A stretch of 64,000 nt of DNA from Bryobacterales bacterium (GCA_022824585.1 JAJDZN010000124.1:2029-66028), one strand, 5' to 3'; shown: positions 12,538 through 22,198, counted from the first letter of the stretch. Notes: generated by a model from the sequence alone, not told the origin. A program made the numbers and translations.

Positions 12538-14055
12538 CTACATGTTGGGAAAGAGGTCTCGCAGCGCCGGGTATAGATCGCGGAATGTCGCGTAGCACCG
12601 GCCGTACGCGGCTGACAGCGCCGGATCTGGCAGGTCGCGCCGTTGCTCGATGATGGCGCTCTCGCACGCCTCTTCGACCGATCCGAACGCACCTGTGCCG
12701 ACCATTGCCAGCAGGGCCGCGCCGTAGGCCGAGCCCTCCTGTGTTTGCAGGGTGGCGATCGGCTTGGAGAACACCCCGGCCAAGATGCTGCGCCACAAGG
12801 GTGATTTCGCCCCTCCGCCCGATGCCCGGACTGCCTCAACGCTCGCCCCGAGAGACTCGACGATGGCAAGGCAATCGTTGAGGCTGTACGCGACCCCCTC
12901 GAGGATGGCCCTGACCAAGTGCCCGCGGGTGTGCTTCGCGGTGAGACCGACCCAGCCGCCGCGGGCGCTGGCGTCGAGGTGCGGCGTGCGCTCGCCCATC
13001 AAGTACGGCAGCCAGTAAAGGCCTTCCGCTCCTGCGGGAACGGCGGCTGCCTCGTCGGTCAACAGGTCGTAGATTTCAGCGCCTTGCCGCGCCGCTTGAT
13101 CAGCCAGCCCGGCCGCCAGCTGGTTGCGGAACCATTGCAAGCTCAGGCCCGCTCCCTGCGTGACGCCCATGATGTGCCACTTGCCAGGCACGGCATGGCA
13201 GAAGGTGTGCACCCGTCCGGCCGGATCGTAGGCAGCCTCTTCTAGGTGCGAGAACACCACCCCCGATGTGCCGACCGTGCATGAGACCAAACCCGGCTTC
13301 ACGATGCCGTTTCCGATTGCGCTCGCCGCTTGGTCCCCGCCGCCGCCGACCACCGGCGTGCCGGCCCGCAGGCCGGTTTCCTGCGCTGCTGCCTCGGTAA
13401 TCCGGCCTGTCGTTTGCGGGGATTCCACGACCTCCGGCAGGATGGCGGCGTCGATCCCGAGCTTGTCGATGAGAGGCCTTGCCCAGCGCCGCTGCATGAC
13501 GTCGAAAAGGGCGGTGCCCGACGCGTCGGACACCTCGCTGGCGTACTCCCCGGTCAAGCAGAAGCGGATGTAGTCCTTTGGCAGCAGCATCCGGCGCACG
13601 CGCTCGTAGCTGGCCGGGTCGTGGTCCCGCACCCAGAGCAGCTTCGGCGCCGTGAACCCTGTCAACACCGGATTGGCAGTCTGCTCCAGCACCATGTCCT
13701 TGCCGGCCTTGGCGTTGATCCAGTCGACCTGCTCTTGGCTGCGCTGGTCGCACCAGATCAGCGCGGGCCGGATGACTTCGTCCGCGGCATCCAGCAGCGT
13801 TAGCCCGTGCATCTGGCCCGAAAGCCCCACGCCTGCGATCTGCTCGCCGCGCACGCCTGTCTCGGCGAGGAGCTGCCGCACGGCTTGCCGGGAGGCGTTC
13901 CACCAGTCTTGCGGGCGCTGCTCGGCCCACAGCGGCTTGAGCATGAGGATGTCCTCATGCGCGGCTGTCACGCCGCTCACTACGGCACCGTCCGCTCCTA
14001 CGAGCAGCGCTCGGGAGCCACCGGTGCCGACGTCAATGCCTAGCCAATACTTCAT
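12538..14055 (-). CDS. xylB: xylulokinase (FGGY family)
   Basis: MKYWLGIDVGTGGSRALL, GLSGQMHG and GGGGDQAASAIGNG motifs. I prefer the ATG at 14055, which overlaps the plsC stop as ATGA. The track ORF extends to 14160 with an Arg-rich extension. Confidence 0.85.
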   Translation of the reverse strand: MKYWLGIDVGTGGSRALLVGADGAVVSGVTAAHEDILMLKPLWAEQRPQDWWNASRQAVRQLLAETGVRGEQIAGVGLSGQMHGLTLLDAADEVIRPALIWCDQRSQEQVDWINAKAGKDMVLEQTANPVLTGFTAPKLLWVRDHDPASYERVRRMLLPKDYIRFCLTGEYASEVSDASGTALFDVMQRRWARPLIDKLGIDAAILPEVVESPQTTGRITEAAAQETGLRAGTPVVGGGGDQAASAIGNGIVKPGLVSCTVGTSGVVFSHLEEAAYDPAGRVHTFCHAVPGKWHIMGVTQGAGLSLQWFRNQLAAGLADQAARQGAEIYDLLTDEAAAVPAGAEGLYWLPYLMGERTPHLDASARGGWVGLTAKHTRGHLVRAILEGVAYSLNDCLAIVESLGASVEAVRASGGGAKSPLWRSILAGVFSKPIATLQTQEGSAYGAALLAMVGTGAFGSVEEACESAIIEQRRDLPDPALSAAYGRCYATFRDLYPALRDLFPNM

Positions 14056-14828
14056 CTGATTGCCTCGCTCTCCCGATTCTCGCCATCCCGCGACGGCTGT
14101 GCAGCCGCGAGTCGTTCGATTTCTTTCCGCAAGCGGTCTGTCAGATTGTGGGCGGTCCACGAATTGGAGCTCCCGGTACGCAGCGGCCTGCCGAAACGCA
14201 CGTCCACGCGGCCGGGCCGCAGGTGCAGCGAGCCGGGCGGCAGCACGTGCGCCGTTCCTGATATCGCCACCGGCACCAGCGGAGCTCCCGATTGAATGGC
14301 GATGTGTGCAGCGCCCGTCTTGAGTCTTCGCATGCTCGTGCCGCGGCGGCGCCCCCCCTCGGGGAAGACTAGGATCGAACGTCCGGCCCGCACCTTCTCG
14401 GCCGCGAAAGCAATGTTGCGCACGGCCAGTCTCGGGTTCTCACGATGGACGGGAAGATGACCGGCGCGGTTCAGGTGCCACCCGATGAACGGGATCTTCC
14501 ACAGGCCCGATCTGGCAAGAATCCGGAATTGCCGCGGCATGAAGCCGAACATCAAGGGGGTGTCGATCAGGCTGAAGTGGTTGGAAGCGAACACGTACGC
14601 CTGATCGGGGGCAAGGTTCTCGGCTCCCGTCAGGCGGACCTCGACCATGAAGACGCTCATGAGCATGCGTCCCCAGTTGCGGGCGACGCGATGCTGGAGC
14701 CGGCCGGTGCTGTCAAACAGTGAGGACAGCAGCGACAGGAATCCCATGACGCTGGTGATCCCCACCAGCATGGGGATCATCCAACACACTGAGCGGAGCA
14801 GGCTCAGCGCTTCCCTCACCCGGTGCAA
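14052..14828 (-). CDS. plsC: 1-acyl-sn-glycerol-3-phosphate acyltransferase
   Basis: H(X4)D motif NHFSLID and the VFPEGGRRRG block, preceded by an N-terminal TM. Confidence 0.85.
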   Translation of the reverse strand: MHRVREALSLLRSVCWMIPMLVGITSVMGFLSLLSSLFDSTGRLQHRVARNWGRMLMSVFMVEVRLTGAENLAPDQAYVFASNHFSLIDTPLMFGFMPRQFRILARSGLWKIPFIGWHLNRAGHLPVHRENPRLAVRNIAFAAEKVRAGRSILVFPEGGRRRGTSMRRLKTGAAHIAIQSGAPLVPVAISGTAHVLPPGSLHLRPGRVDVRFGRPLRTGSSNSWTAHNLTDRLRKEIERLAAAQPSRDGENRESEAIR

Positions 14829-14837
14829 CCTCCGATT

Positions 14838-16121
14838 CTATCCGAGCAGTTCTCGGGCCTCGCCGACCAAGAAGATCGAACCGGCAACGACAATCCAGTC
14901 GTCTCTTGTCGCCGCGGCGGAGGCCAGCCTGAGCGCTTCGCCGATGTCGTCGGCCGTCTCGATGTGGGCATGGTGATGCCCCGCTGTCTGCATTAGCGCT
15001 TCGGGGCTGGCGGCCCGCGCAACGCTCGAGCGCGTCAGCAGCACGCGATCGGCTGCTGGAAACAGCCAGGCTGCGACTTCGTCGACCGCCTTGTCCCGCG
15101 ACGAGCCGTAGATCAACGTCACCTTCCTCCCGCGCGCCTCGCGCCCCAAGAATTCGGCCAGTGCCCGTGCGCCGTCGGGATTGTGGGCCGCGTCCAGCAG
15201 CACTGCCGGGTCGTTGCTGGCGAACTCCAGCCGTCCGGGCCATTGAGCTCGGCTCACGCCTTCGGCGATCCGGGCGAGCGGCACCCCCAACGCGTCGAGG
15301 GATGCCACGGCGACGAGGGCGTTCTCGACTTGGTGTTTCCCCGCCATGGAGAGTTCGATGTTGGCGGCCATGTCACGGCCGGCCGCCTCGAAGCGCCAGC
15401 GACCAGCTTTGCTGGCAGCATTCTTCGGCCTCCATTCGGCCTCGACATCGATCACGTCGGCCTTGGCCCGCTCGAAGCACTGCAGCAGGGCCTCGCGCGC
15501 CGGGGCGGCTTGCGGCCCCATGATCACGCGGCTGCCGGGCTTTGCGATGGCCGCCTTTTCGGCCGCGATAGCGGCCAAGTCCAGGCCTAGGAATTGCTCG
15601 TGGTCGCGGTTCACCCGGGTGATGACCGCTAGCTCGGAGCGGACTACGTTGCTGGCATCGAGACGGCCGCCCAGTCCGGTCTCGATGATCATATGCTCGA
15701 GTCCGGCCTGACGAAACAGGACCAGTGCCACTGCCGTCACAGACTCGAAGAACGTTGGGTGGGCCGAACGACCGTACTTTGCCACGACGCGCTCGTTTGC
15801 TCGGCGGACCGGCTCGATCGCTTTGGCCAGCGTTTCGTCGCGGGCCTCTCGCCCGCTGATTCGAAAGCGCTCGTTGATCCGCGACAGGTGCGGCGAGGTG
15901 TACAGGCCGACGGTCCGCCCGTCCGCCAGCAGGCCACTCTCGATCATCGCAGCCGTGGAGCCCTTGCCGTTCGTGCCGGCGATGTGGACAATACCTGGAG
16001 AATTCTCGGGATGGCCCAGTTCGGCTACCAAGCGGCGCATGCGCTCCAAGCCGAAGCTCTCCTTGCGAATGGAGCCCAGCAGGGATTGCAGGTAGCGGAC
16101 GGACGGGTCGGTCGCGGCCAT
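14838..16121 (-). CDS. folC: bifunctional folylpolyglutamate synthase/dihydrofolate synthase
   Basis: Mur ligase P-loop HIAGTNGKGSTAAM. Conserved position downstream of accD. Confidence 0.9.
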   Translation of the reverse strand: MAATDPSVRYLQSLLGSIRKESFGLERMRRLVAELGHPENSPGIVHIAGTNGKGSTAAMIESGLLADGRTVGLYTSPHLSRINERFRISGREARDETLAKAIEPVRRANERVVAKYGRSAHPTFFESVTAVALVLFRQAGLEHMIIETGLGGRLDASNVVRSELAVITRVNRDHEQFLGLDLAAIAAEKAAIAKPGSRVIMGPQAAPAREALLQCFERAKADVIDVEAEWRPKNAASKAGRWRFEAAGRDMAANIELSMAGKHQVENALVAVASLDALGVPLARIAEGVSRAQWPGRLEFASNDPAVLLDAAHNPDGARALAEFLGREARGRKVTLIYGSSRDKAVDEVAAWLFPAADRVLLTRSSVARAASPEALMQTAGHHHAHIETADDIGEALRLASAAATRDDWIVVAGSIFLVGEARELLG

Positions 16122-16126
16122 CCGGG

Positions 16127-16963
16127 CTAGGCTTCCGGATCGCCTAGGAACCTGAGCGCGTTCCCGATGTACTGCTTCAGCTGCGGTCTAGGCACCACCG
16201 CGTCCAGCATGCCGTGCCGGAGCAGGAATTCCGAGCGCTGGAAGCCCTTGGGGAGCTTTTGGCGAATGGTCTGCTCGATCACGCGCGGGCCGGCAAAGCC
16301 GATCAATGCACCGGGCTCGGCGATGTTCAGGTCGCCCAGCATGGCGAAGCTGGCCGTCACGCCGCCGGTGGTCGGATCCGTCAGCACGCTGATGTAGGGA
16401 ATCTTGGCCCGGTCGAGTCGCTTCAGGGCCGCCGAGACCTTGGCCATCTGCACCAGGCTCACCATGCCCTCCATCATGCGCGCTCCGCCCGAGGCCGAAA
16501 CGAACACCAAGGCGCGGCCATCACTTTCGGCGCGTTCCGCCGCTCTGGTGAGCTTCTCGCCGACGACGGCTCCCATGCTGCCGCCGATGAAGCGGTACTC
16601 CATCGCGCAGATCACCACTTTGTGGCCTTCCAGCTCGCCGGTGGCGCAGATCACTGCATCGCTCAAGCCAGTCTTTTCCTTGGCGTCCTGCAGGCGCTCC
16701 TCGTACGACTTGCGATCTGTGAATTGCAAGGCATTCGTGGAGCGGAGATTGCCTCCGAACTCCTCCCACGAGCCATTGTCGAACAGCATGTCGAGGCGTT
16801 GGCGTGCCGAGATCTTGAAATGGAACCCGCACTTGGCGCAGACCATTCCCTGCGCGTCCAGGTCCTTCTTCCAGATCGGCTCCGAGCAGGCGTCGCACTT
16901 GATCCAGAGGCCTTCGGTATGGACTCGCTTGTCCTCGTTGTCCTTCTTGCGAAATATGGGCAT
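16127..16963 (-). CDS. accD: acetyl-CoA carboxylase carboxyltransferase beta subunit
   Basis: N-terminal Zn ribbon CDACSEPIW...CAKCGFH and the carboxyltransferase domain. The ATG at 16963 is preferred over the TTG at 16972. Confidence 0.9.
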   Translation of the reverse strand: MPIFRKKDNEDKRVHTEGLWIKCDACSEPIWKKDLDAQGMVCAKCGFHFKISARQRLDMLFDNGSWEEFGGNLRSTNALQFTDRKSYEERLQDAKEKTGLSDAVICATGELEGHKVVICAMEYRFIGGSMGAVVGEKLTRAAERAESDGRALVFVSASGGARMMEGMVSLVQMAKVSAALKRLDRAKIPYISVLTDPTTGGVTASFAMLGDLNIAEPGALIGFAGPRVIEQTIRQKLPKGFQRSEFLLRHGMLDAVVPRPQLKQYIGNALRFLGDPEA

Positions 16964-17108
16964 TCGGGGCAACGCTCAATCCAAAGAGCGCGCGCAATGT
17001 TCCGATAATAGCCATTCCGCCCGCGAAGCCTCAATCTCGGGCGCCCTACGGACGCCCGAGCCGAGGGCGATCCCCAGCGCGACTCCGCCCGATCGCCGTC
17101 GCGGCGCG

Positions 17109-18104
17109 CTAGGCGGCCATGTCCTCGAAGAGGCTGCCCTGCAACGGCTGCGGAGCCAGCTCGCTCACAACGGGCTTGGGCCCGCGGGCGCGAATTTGCC
17201 CGGACAGCCCGTGCTTCTGCCGGATCCGGCAGATCTTGGCAGACAGCCAGTCGCGGTATCCGGGCGAGACGTAGGCACCTTGCCGGTAGTGAGCCCTGTA
17301 GCGCGCCGTCAGGTGTGGGAACTGGTCCTCGAGGAAGGACACCATTCGCCGGCGGGCCTCAGATTTGAGAAACAACGGATGGGCGTGCCAATAGGACGCG
17401 TCCGTCCGCTTGGCGGCTTGCGCGACACTCTCGAGCAGCTCGGTCGAATCCGTCAGCAGCGGCAGGACGGGTGCGCTGAAGACGCCCGCCTCGATGCCTC
17501 GCCAGCGCAACTCCCGAACGGCTTCGATGCGCTTGTCGGGACGCACCGCGCGCGGTTCCAAGGCTCTGGCGAGGGCGTTGTCCATGGTCGTGATGGTGAC
17601 AGTGACGTGGAGCTCGTTCCGCAGGGCGATCCTTCCAAGCAGGTCGAGGTCGCGCAGGACCAGGTCGGACTTGGTCGTGATCCCGATCACGTTCCCGGAG
17701 AATTCGGCGAAGGCTTCCAAGACGCCGCGGGTGGTCTCGAACCTGCGCTCGGCGGGCTGGTACGGATCGGTGCCGGTGCCGACCGCGATCGCTCCGCTGA
17801 CGCCCTTGGCGAGTTCGCGGCGGAGCAGGTTCTTGGCGTTCTCCTTGGAGAACACCAACGAGGCGAACCGGGACGGGTCGTCTATGCCCAAGTACTGGTG
17901 GGTGTAGACCGCATAGCAGTAGTGGCAGCCGATCTCGCAGCCGCGGTACGGGTTCACCGTCCACTGGAACGGCATCTCGGGATTCGAGCAGCGGTTCAGG
18001 ATGCTCTTCGACGGCAGGCTGCGATACTCGACCCGCTGTTTCGTGGCGAGGACTCTGGCGTCGGCGGCCTGAGCGGCGATGCCAGAGAGGATTTGCTGGG
18101 CCAT
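17109..18104 (-). CDS. radical SAM protein (SplB / Rv2578c-like)
   Basis: CxxxCxxC motif within NPYRGCEIGCHYCYA. Confidence 0.85.
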   Translation of the reverse strand: MAQQILSGIAAQAADARVLATKQRVEYRSLPSKSILNRCSNPEMPFQWTVNPYRGCEIGCHYCYAVYTHQYLGIDDPSRFASLVFSKENAKNLLRRELAKGVSGAIAVGTGTDPYQPAERRFETTRGVLEAFAEFSGNVIGITTKSDLVLRDLDLLGRIALRNELHVTVTITTMDNALARALEPRAVRPDKRIEAVRELRWRGIEAGVFSAPVLPLLTDSTELLESVAQAAKRTDASYWHAHPLFLKSEARRRMVSFLEDQFPHLTARYRAHYRQGAYVSPGYRDWLSAKICRIRQKHGLSGQIRARGPKPVVSELAPQPLQGSLFEDMAA

Positions 18105-18110
18105 TCTTAT

Positions 18111-18139
18111 ATATTCGCTTTTTGTTTGTATTCAGTCAA
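18111..18139 (-). promoter_or_regulatory. candidate promoter abutting the radical SAM start codon (leaderless candidate)
   Basis: Minus strand reads TTGACT (18139-18134), 17 nt, GAATAT (18116-18111), 6 nt, then ATG at 18104. No Shine-Dalgarno sequence is present. Confidence 0.4.
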
Positions 18140-18571
18140 GTGATTTCATGATTATTTCAGCAAGAATCCGCGAATTGAGCCCGATTCTTGTCGTCAAATC
18201 GACGAGAGCGGCCCAAGAAACGGCTGCCAGCAATCCCACCACCGCGCTTGCGACGGCTCCGCAGGGGCGAGGGCAGGGCCGGCCTCGGTCCTGCGCCGCC
18301 GCCGGGCGAGTCTGCCGAACGGGCTGACCAGGGTCTGCCAGACTCGAGATTCCCAACGTCAACCGGTCCATGCCATTGACGAAGGGTTCGGGCTTGATCG
18401 TGGGTTCTCATGTCCCTAGCCGTTTGACTGGCGCGGAGCGCCTTGCCAGAACGAAGGTGTGAAACTTCACTCGGGAAAGAGTGGGCTGCCGATCGTTCGA
18501 AACCGCATCTCTCGTCGCAGTTTCCCGACCGCGCTGCGAGTGGATTCCTGTCGGCCCGGGGTAGGACGGGC

Positions 18572-19264
18572 TTATGCCGGAGGAGTCCTTCGCAATCTCA
18601 ACAGCTGGTTGCCGCCCCTCTGCAACTCGTAGGCCACGGGCTCGACGCTTGCTTCGACGCCTTGCGAGACGAATGTCTCGATGACTCCCTTAACGTGCGG
18701 AGACAGTGCCCCTCCGTTCCGCAACAAGGGGAAGACCCGCACCTCCGCTGCCACGCGAAGCATCTCTGCAAGGGCCTTGACGTGGAATTGCAAGTCAAGT
18801 TCTTGGCTGTAGAGGAAAAGGAAGTGAGACGACAGAGCCAGATCGAACTCACTGTCACCAAAGGGCAGGTCCGGCAGGCTGGCCTGCACGTACCGGCCCT
18901 TGAGCTTGCCGCGAGGAAAGTCGGCAAGGAACCTGTGCATCGCGGCCATCCGGGTCCGTCCCAGTTCCTCAACTGACCGCGCATGCGTCCAGACGAAGTC
19001 CTGAGAGTGGTCGCGCATTTGCGCCATCACTTCATCAAAGGTCTCCGCGATTCGTGCCTCGATAGCGGCCGCGGATTCGCCATAGAGGGGGTCGACGGAG
19101 ACTACCGCATGCCCGTTCCGCGACATCTCGGCGTTGAAGCTCGCTGGCCCGTCACCGCAACCGAGGATGCGCCGACGCATGTCTGCTTCGTCGAGTCCGA
19201 ACATCGCGCGGTACTCGTCTAGCGAGCGCCCCCAAGGAACGATTCGGTCAATCGAGAACGGCAT
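18572..19264 (-). CDS. class I SAM-dependent methyltransferase
   Basis: Motif I ILGCGDGPASF, a downstream acidic loop, and GC3-rich codons. Confidence 0.75.
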   Translation of the reverse strand: MPFSIDRIVPWGRSLDEYRAMFGLDEADMRRRILGCGDGPASFNAEMSRNGHAVVSVDPLYGESAAAIEARIAETFDEVMAQMRDHSQDFVWTHARSVEELGRTRMAAMHRFLADFPRGKLKGRYVQASLPDLPFGDSEFDLALSSHFLFLYSQELDLQFHVKALAEMLRVAAEVRVFPLLRNGGALSPHVKGVIETFVSQGVEASVEPVAYELQRGGNQLLRLRRTPPA

Positions 19265-19322
19265 TCACGAAACGCCTCCCGGGCGCACCACCACCTAGTG
19301 CAGTCCAGCAGGGCCTTGCCCG

Positions 19323-20441
19323 CTAGTTGCGAGCGTCGCGGAGGAAGCCGAGCATTCTGCGCAACGGCTCGGCAGCGCCCCAGAGGAGCTGGTCGCCCAC
19401 CGTGAAGGCACCCAGGTACTCCGGCCCCATGCTCAGATGCCGGAGCCTGCCTATGTGGATGTCCAGCTTGCCGGCTACGGCGGCAGGGGTCAGTTGGCGG
19501 AGCGTGGCCTCTTGGGAGTTGTCGACCAGCCTGACCCAGGCGTTTCCAGAACTGAGCAAGTCCCGCACCTCTGCCAGCGGCACGGCGCGGGAGAGCTTGA
19601 TACACAGCGCCTGGCTGTGACAGCGCAGGGCGTCCACGCGCGCGCAGATTCCATCGATGACCACGGGCGGGTCGGCGCCGAGGATCTTGCTGGCCTCGAC
19701 GCTGGCCTTCCATTCCTCGCGGGTCTGGCCGCTGTCCATGGCGCGGTCGATCCAAGGCAGCACGTTGCAGGCCAAGGGCGCTCCGATTTCGTTCACGGGA
19801 AAGGCCGCGCCCGTTTGAACGCGCGTGAAGGCCTGCTCGACCTCGATGGCGGAACCGCCCTGCAGGTCCGTCGTGGCGGCGCCGAGCGCGCCCACTTGGC
19901 TACCGAGCTCGGTCAGCTTTCTCGCGCCGGCGCCGGACACCGCTTGATAGGTCATGGTGCTGACCCATTCGACCATGCCCTCGCGCAGAAGCCCGCCAAT
20001 CGCCATCAGCAACAGGCTGACCGTGCAGTTGGCTCCGATAAAGTTGCGGCAGCCGTCGTCGAGTCGCTTCTGGATCTGGTCCGCATTGATTGGATCGAGC
20101 ACGAGCGTGGCATCCTGGCGGAGCCTCAGCGTGGACGCCGCGTCGATCCAGTAGCCGTTCCAGCCTGATGCTCTCAGGGCCTCGAAGACTTCGGAGGTAT
20201 AGCCACCGCCTTGGCACGACAGCACGGCTTCGCAGCGTGCCAGCGCATCAATCTCCCGCGCGTCCTGCAGGACAGCGCTGGCACCGCCATGCGGCGCCCG
20301 ACCGCCGGGATTTGACGTCGAGAAGAAGTGGACCGCCAAGCTGTCCAAGTCCCCTTCCGACCGCATTCTGTCGAGGAGCACGCTCCCGACCATGCCGCGC
20401 CAGCCGACGAATCCTACCTTCAACACACCGAGATCCCCCAA
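19323..20441 (-). CDS. asd: aspartate-semialdehyde dehydrogenase (long, E. coli-type)
   Basis: VGFVGWRGMVGSVLLDRM N-terminus and the IGANCTVSLLLM active-site Cys block. Confidence 0.9.
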   Translation of the reverse strand: MGDLGVLKVGFVGWRGMVGSVLLDRMRSEGDLDSLAVHFFSTSNPGGRAPHGGASAVLQDAREIDALARCEAVLSCQGGGYTSEVFEALRASGWNGYWIDAASTLRLRQDATLVLDPINADQIQKRLDDGCRNFIGANCTVSLLLMAIGGLLREGMVEWVSTMTYQAVSGAGARKLTELGSQVGALGAATTDLQGGSAIEVEQAFTRVQTGAAFPVNEIGAPLACNVLPWIDRAMDSGQTREEWKASVEASKILGADPPVVIDGICARVDALRCHSQALCIKLSRAVPLAEVRDLLSSGNAWVRLVDNSQEATLRQLTPAAVAGKLDIHIGRLRHLSMGPEYLGAFTVGDQLLWGAAEPLRRMLGFLRDARN

Positions 20442-20489
20442 GGCGCCGCTCTCCGCGCGGCGCAGCTGCGGCCCAATGCCGCGACCTGC

Positions 20490-20720
20490 CTACTCGCTGG
20501 CGGATTCCTGCGCCGCGGAATCGCGCCAGGCGCTGATCTTGAGGTGCTGGCAAATCCAGCAAAGCCTGTCGGAGCGTTCTGTCGCGCCGTGTACGCCGCA
20601 GACTCGGCAGGGCACTCGCCTGACTGGCTTGGACCGGAGCACGAAGTCCTTCGCGCCGTCAATCAGTTGAGGGTTAACTATGGGGATCTCGCCCCCGCCC
20701 GCTTTGCTCGTCTTGGCCAT
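20490..20720 (-). CDS. small hypothetical protein with CxxC...CxxC zinc-ribbon-like motif
   Basis: 76-aa ORF with CRVCG...CWIC and GC3-rich codon usage. No family recognised. Confidence 0.45.
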   Translation of the reverse strand: MAKTSKAGGGEIPIVNPQLIDGAKDFVLRSKPVRRVPCRVCGVHGATERSDRLCWICQHLKISAWRDSAAQESASE

Positions 20721-20770
20721 GGGTCTGTCCAGCGTAGGCTATTTCCACTATAAGGTCTACCACGAGTCTC

Positions 20771-20794
20771 TTCCAATGAGAGATGCGCATGAAC
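20771..20794. repeat. IS subterminal repeat L1 (TTCCAATGAGAGATGCGCATGAAC)
   Basis: Reverse complement GTTCATGCGCATCTCTCATTGGAA matches the right-end copies. Confidence 0.7.
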
Positions 20795-20805
20795 GGAGGG
20801 TTTGT

Positions 20806-20829
20806 TTCCAACGTGAAATGAGCATGAAG
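20806..20829. repeat. IS subterminal repeat L2 (TTCCAACGTGAAATGAGCATGAAG)
   Basis: Reverse complement CTTCATGCTCATTTCACGTTGGAA matches the right-end copies. Confidence 0.7.
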
Positions 20830-20863
20830 GGTGGCCTAGAAGGGGTGTGGGGATCATCGGAGG

Positions 20864-22123
20864 GTGATCTTGCATCTCGATTTGGAAACTCACAAGAGCT
20901 TGGACGATGTGCGCCAGTTCCTCGCCAGCACCCCGCCGGGGGCCGCCCTGGCACTGGAGCGCAAGCAGGCCTACGAGCATCTCTCACGGGTGCTGCGGCG
21001 CTTCGCGTACTGGAAGCTGGGCAAGGCGGACAAGGGCCTGCTGCGCGGCTATCTGCAGCGCACCACGGGGCTGTCGCAGTCCCAGCTGACGCGCCTGATC
21101 CGGCGCTATTTGGCCGAGGGTCAACTGGCGGACCGGCGCCAAGGCGCGGCCAAGCCGTTCCGACGCAAGTACACGGGGGCGGACATCGAGCTGCTGGCCG
21201 AGACCGACGAGTTGCACGGGACGCTGTCCGGACCGGCCACGCTGGCGCTGTTCCAGCGCGCTTGGGAGCTGTTTGGCGACGCGCGCTTCGAGCGCTTGGC
21301 AGGGCTGTCGAACGGGCACCTGTACAACCTGCGGCACAGCCGCAGGTATGTGCAGAGGCTGGGCGCGCAGCAGCCCACGCGGCCCACCCAGGTGGCCATC
21401 GGCGAGCGTAGGCGGCCGCGGCCGGAGGGGCGGCCGGGCTACCTGCGGATTGATTCGGTGCACCAAGGCGACCTAGACAAAGTCAAGGGTGTCTATCACA
21501 TCAATGCGGTGGACGAAGTGACGCAGTTCGAAGGCGTGGGCAGCACGGAGCGGATCGCGGAGAGCTACTTGCTGCCGCTGCTGGAGAGCATGCTGGAGGC
21601 CTTCCCGTTCGAGATTCTGGGCGTGCACGCCGATAACGGCTCCGAGTACATCAACCACCAAGTGGCGCGCCTGCTGGAGAAGCTGCGCGTGCAGGAGTTC
21701 ACCAAGTCGCGCCCGCGGCACTGCAACGACAACGCGCTGGCGGAGTCGAAGAACGGCACCGTGGTCCGCAAGCAACTCGGCTACGGGCACATCGCCGGGC
21801 GGCACGCCGAGCAGCTCAACGCGTTCAACCGGGACGCGCTCACGCCGTACCTGAACTACCACCGCCCGTGCTACTTCCCCTGCGAGCAGGTGGATGCCAC
21901 GGGCAAGCTGCGCAAGCGCTACCGCCGGCAGGACATCATGACGCCGTACGAGAAACTGAAATCGCTGCCGGACGCGGAGCGCTTCCTGCGCGACGGGATC
22001 GACTTCGCCCAGCTGGACAAGCAGGCCTACCAGTACAGCGACAACGAGGCGGCCCGGCGGCTCAACGAGGCCCGCGACGAGCTCTTCCGAGTGATCCGGG
22101 GGGAGGCCGCTAGCGCGGCCTGA
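20864..22123 (+). CDS. DDE-type integrase/transposase (rve domain)
   Basis: Catalytic triad context: IDSVHQGD, then HADNGSEY about 60 aa later, then NDNALAESKNG about 36 aa after that. N-terminal HTH-like region. GTG start. Confidence 0.9.
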   Translation: MILHLDLETHKSLDDVRQFLASTPPGAALALERKQAYEHLSRVLRRFAYWKLGKADKGLLRGYLQRTTGLSQSQLTRLIRRYLAEGQLADRRQGAAKPFRRKYTGADIELLAETDELHGTLSGPATLALFQRAWELFGDARFERLAGLSNGHLYNLRHSRRYVQRLGAQQPTRPTQVAIGERRRPRPEGRPGYLRIDSVHQGDLDKVKGVYHINAVDEVTQFEGVGSTERIAESYLLPLLESMLEAFPFEILGVHADNGSEYINHQVARLLEKLRVQEFTKSRPRHCNDNALAESKNGTVVRKQLGYGHIAGRHAEQLNAFNRDALTPYLNYHRPCYFPCEQVDATGKLRKRYRRQDIMTPYEKLKSLPDAERFLRDGIDFAQLDKQAYQYSDNEAARRLNEARDELFRVIRGEAASAA

Positions 22124-22133
22124 GGGCCAGGCC

Positions 22134-22157
22134 GTTCATGCTCATTTCGGATTGGAA
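22134..22157. repeat. IS subterminal repeat R2 (GTTCATGCTCATTTCGGATTGGAA)
   Basis: Same motif as L1 and L2 in inverted orientation, 11 nt after the transposase stop. Confidence 0.7.
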
Positions 22158-22198
22158 ACCGGGAATTCCAGGGGGATAACTGCATGGGCCCAGAAACT

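Noticed and set aside
17035-17060. Hairpin CTCGGGCGccctacggaCGCCCGAG downstream of the radical SAM gene.
   Set aside because: No U-rich tail follows it on the minus strand, so the evidence for a terminator call is insufficient.
16404-18143. Long track ORFs such as 16404..18143(+), 6994..8028(-), 8583..10163(+), 27706..29196(+), 36304..37731(-), 51283..52689(-), 53709..55199(-), 4274..4858(-) and many 60-250-aa ORFs.
   Set aside because: All lie opposite or out of frame to genes with clear family motifs. Their translations are Arg/Pro/Gly/Ala-rich with no recognisable domains. These are typical shadow ORFs of high-GC DNA.
18470-18580. RNase P RNA-like strings on the plus strand (GGGAAAGAGTGGGCTGCC resembling GAGGAAAGUCCGGGCUCC, and GGGTAGGACGGGCTTAT resembling the ...ACAGAACCCGGCUUAU 3' region).
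   Set aside because: The two strings are only about 100 nt apart and neither is exact. The other universally conserved RNase P elements (GGUGCGGUAAGAGCGCACC-type P10-12 features, A-rich J3/4) are absent. The order and spacing are incompatible with a 350-400-nt RNase P RNA.
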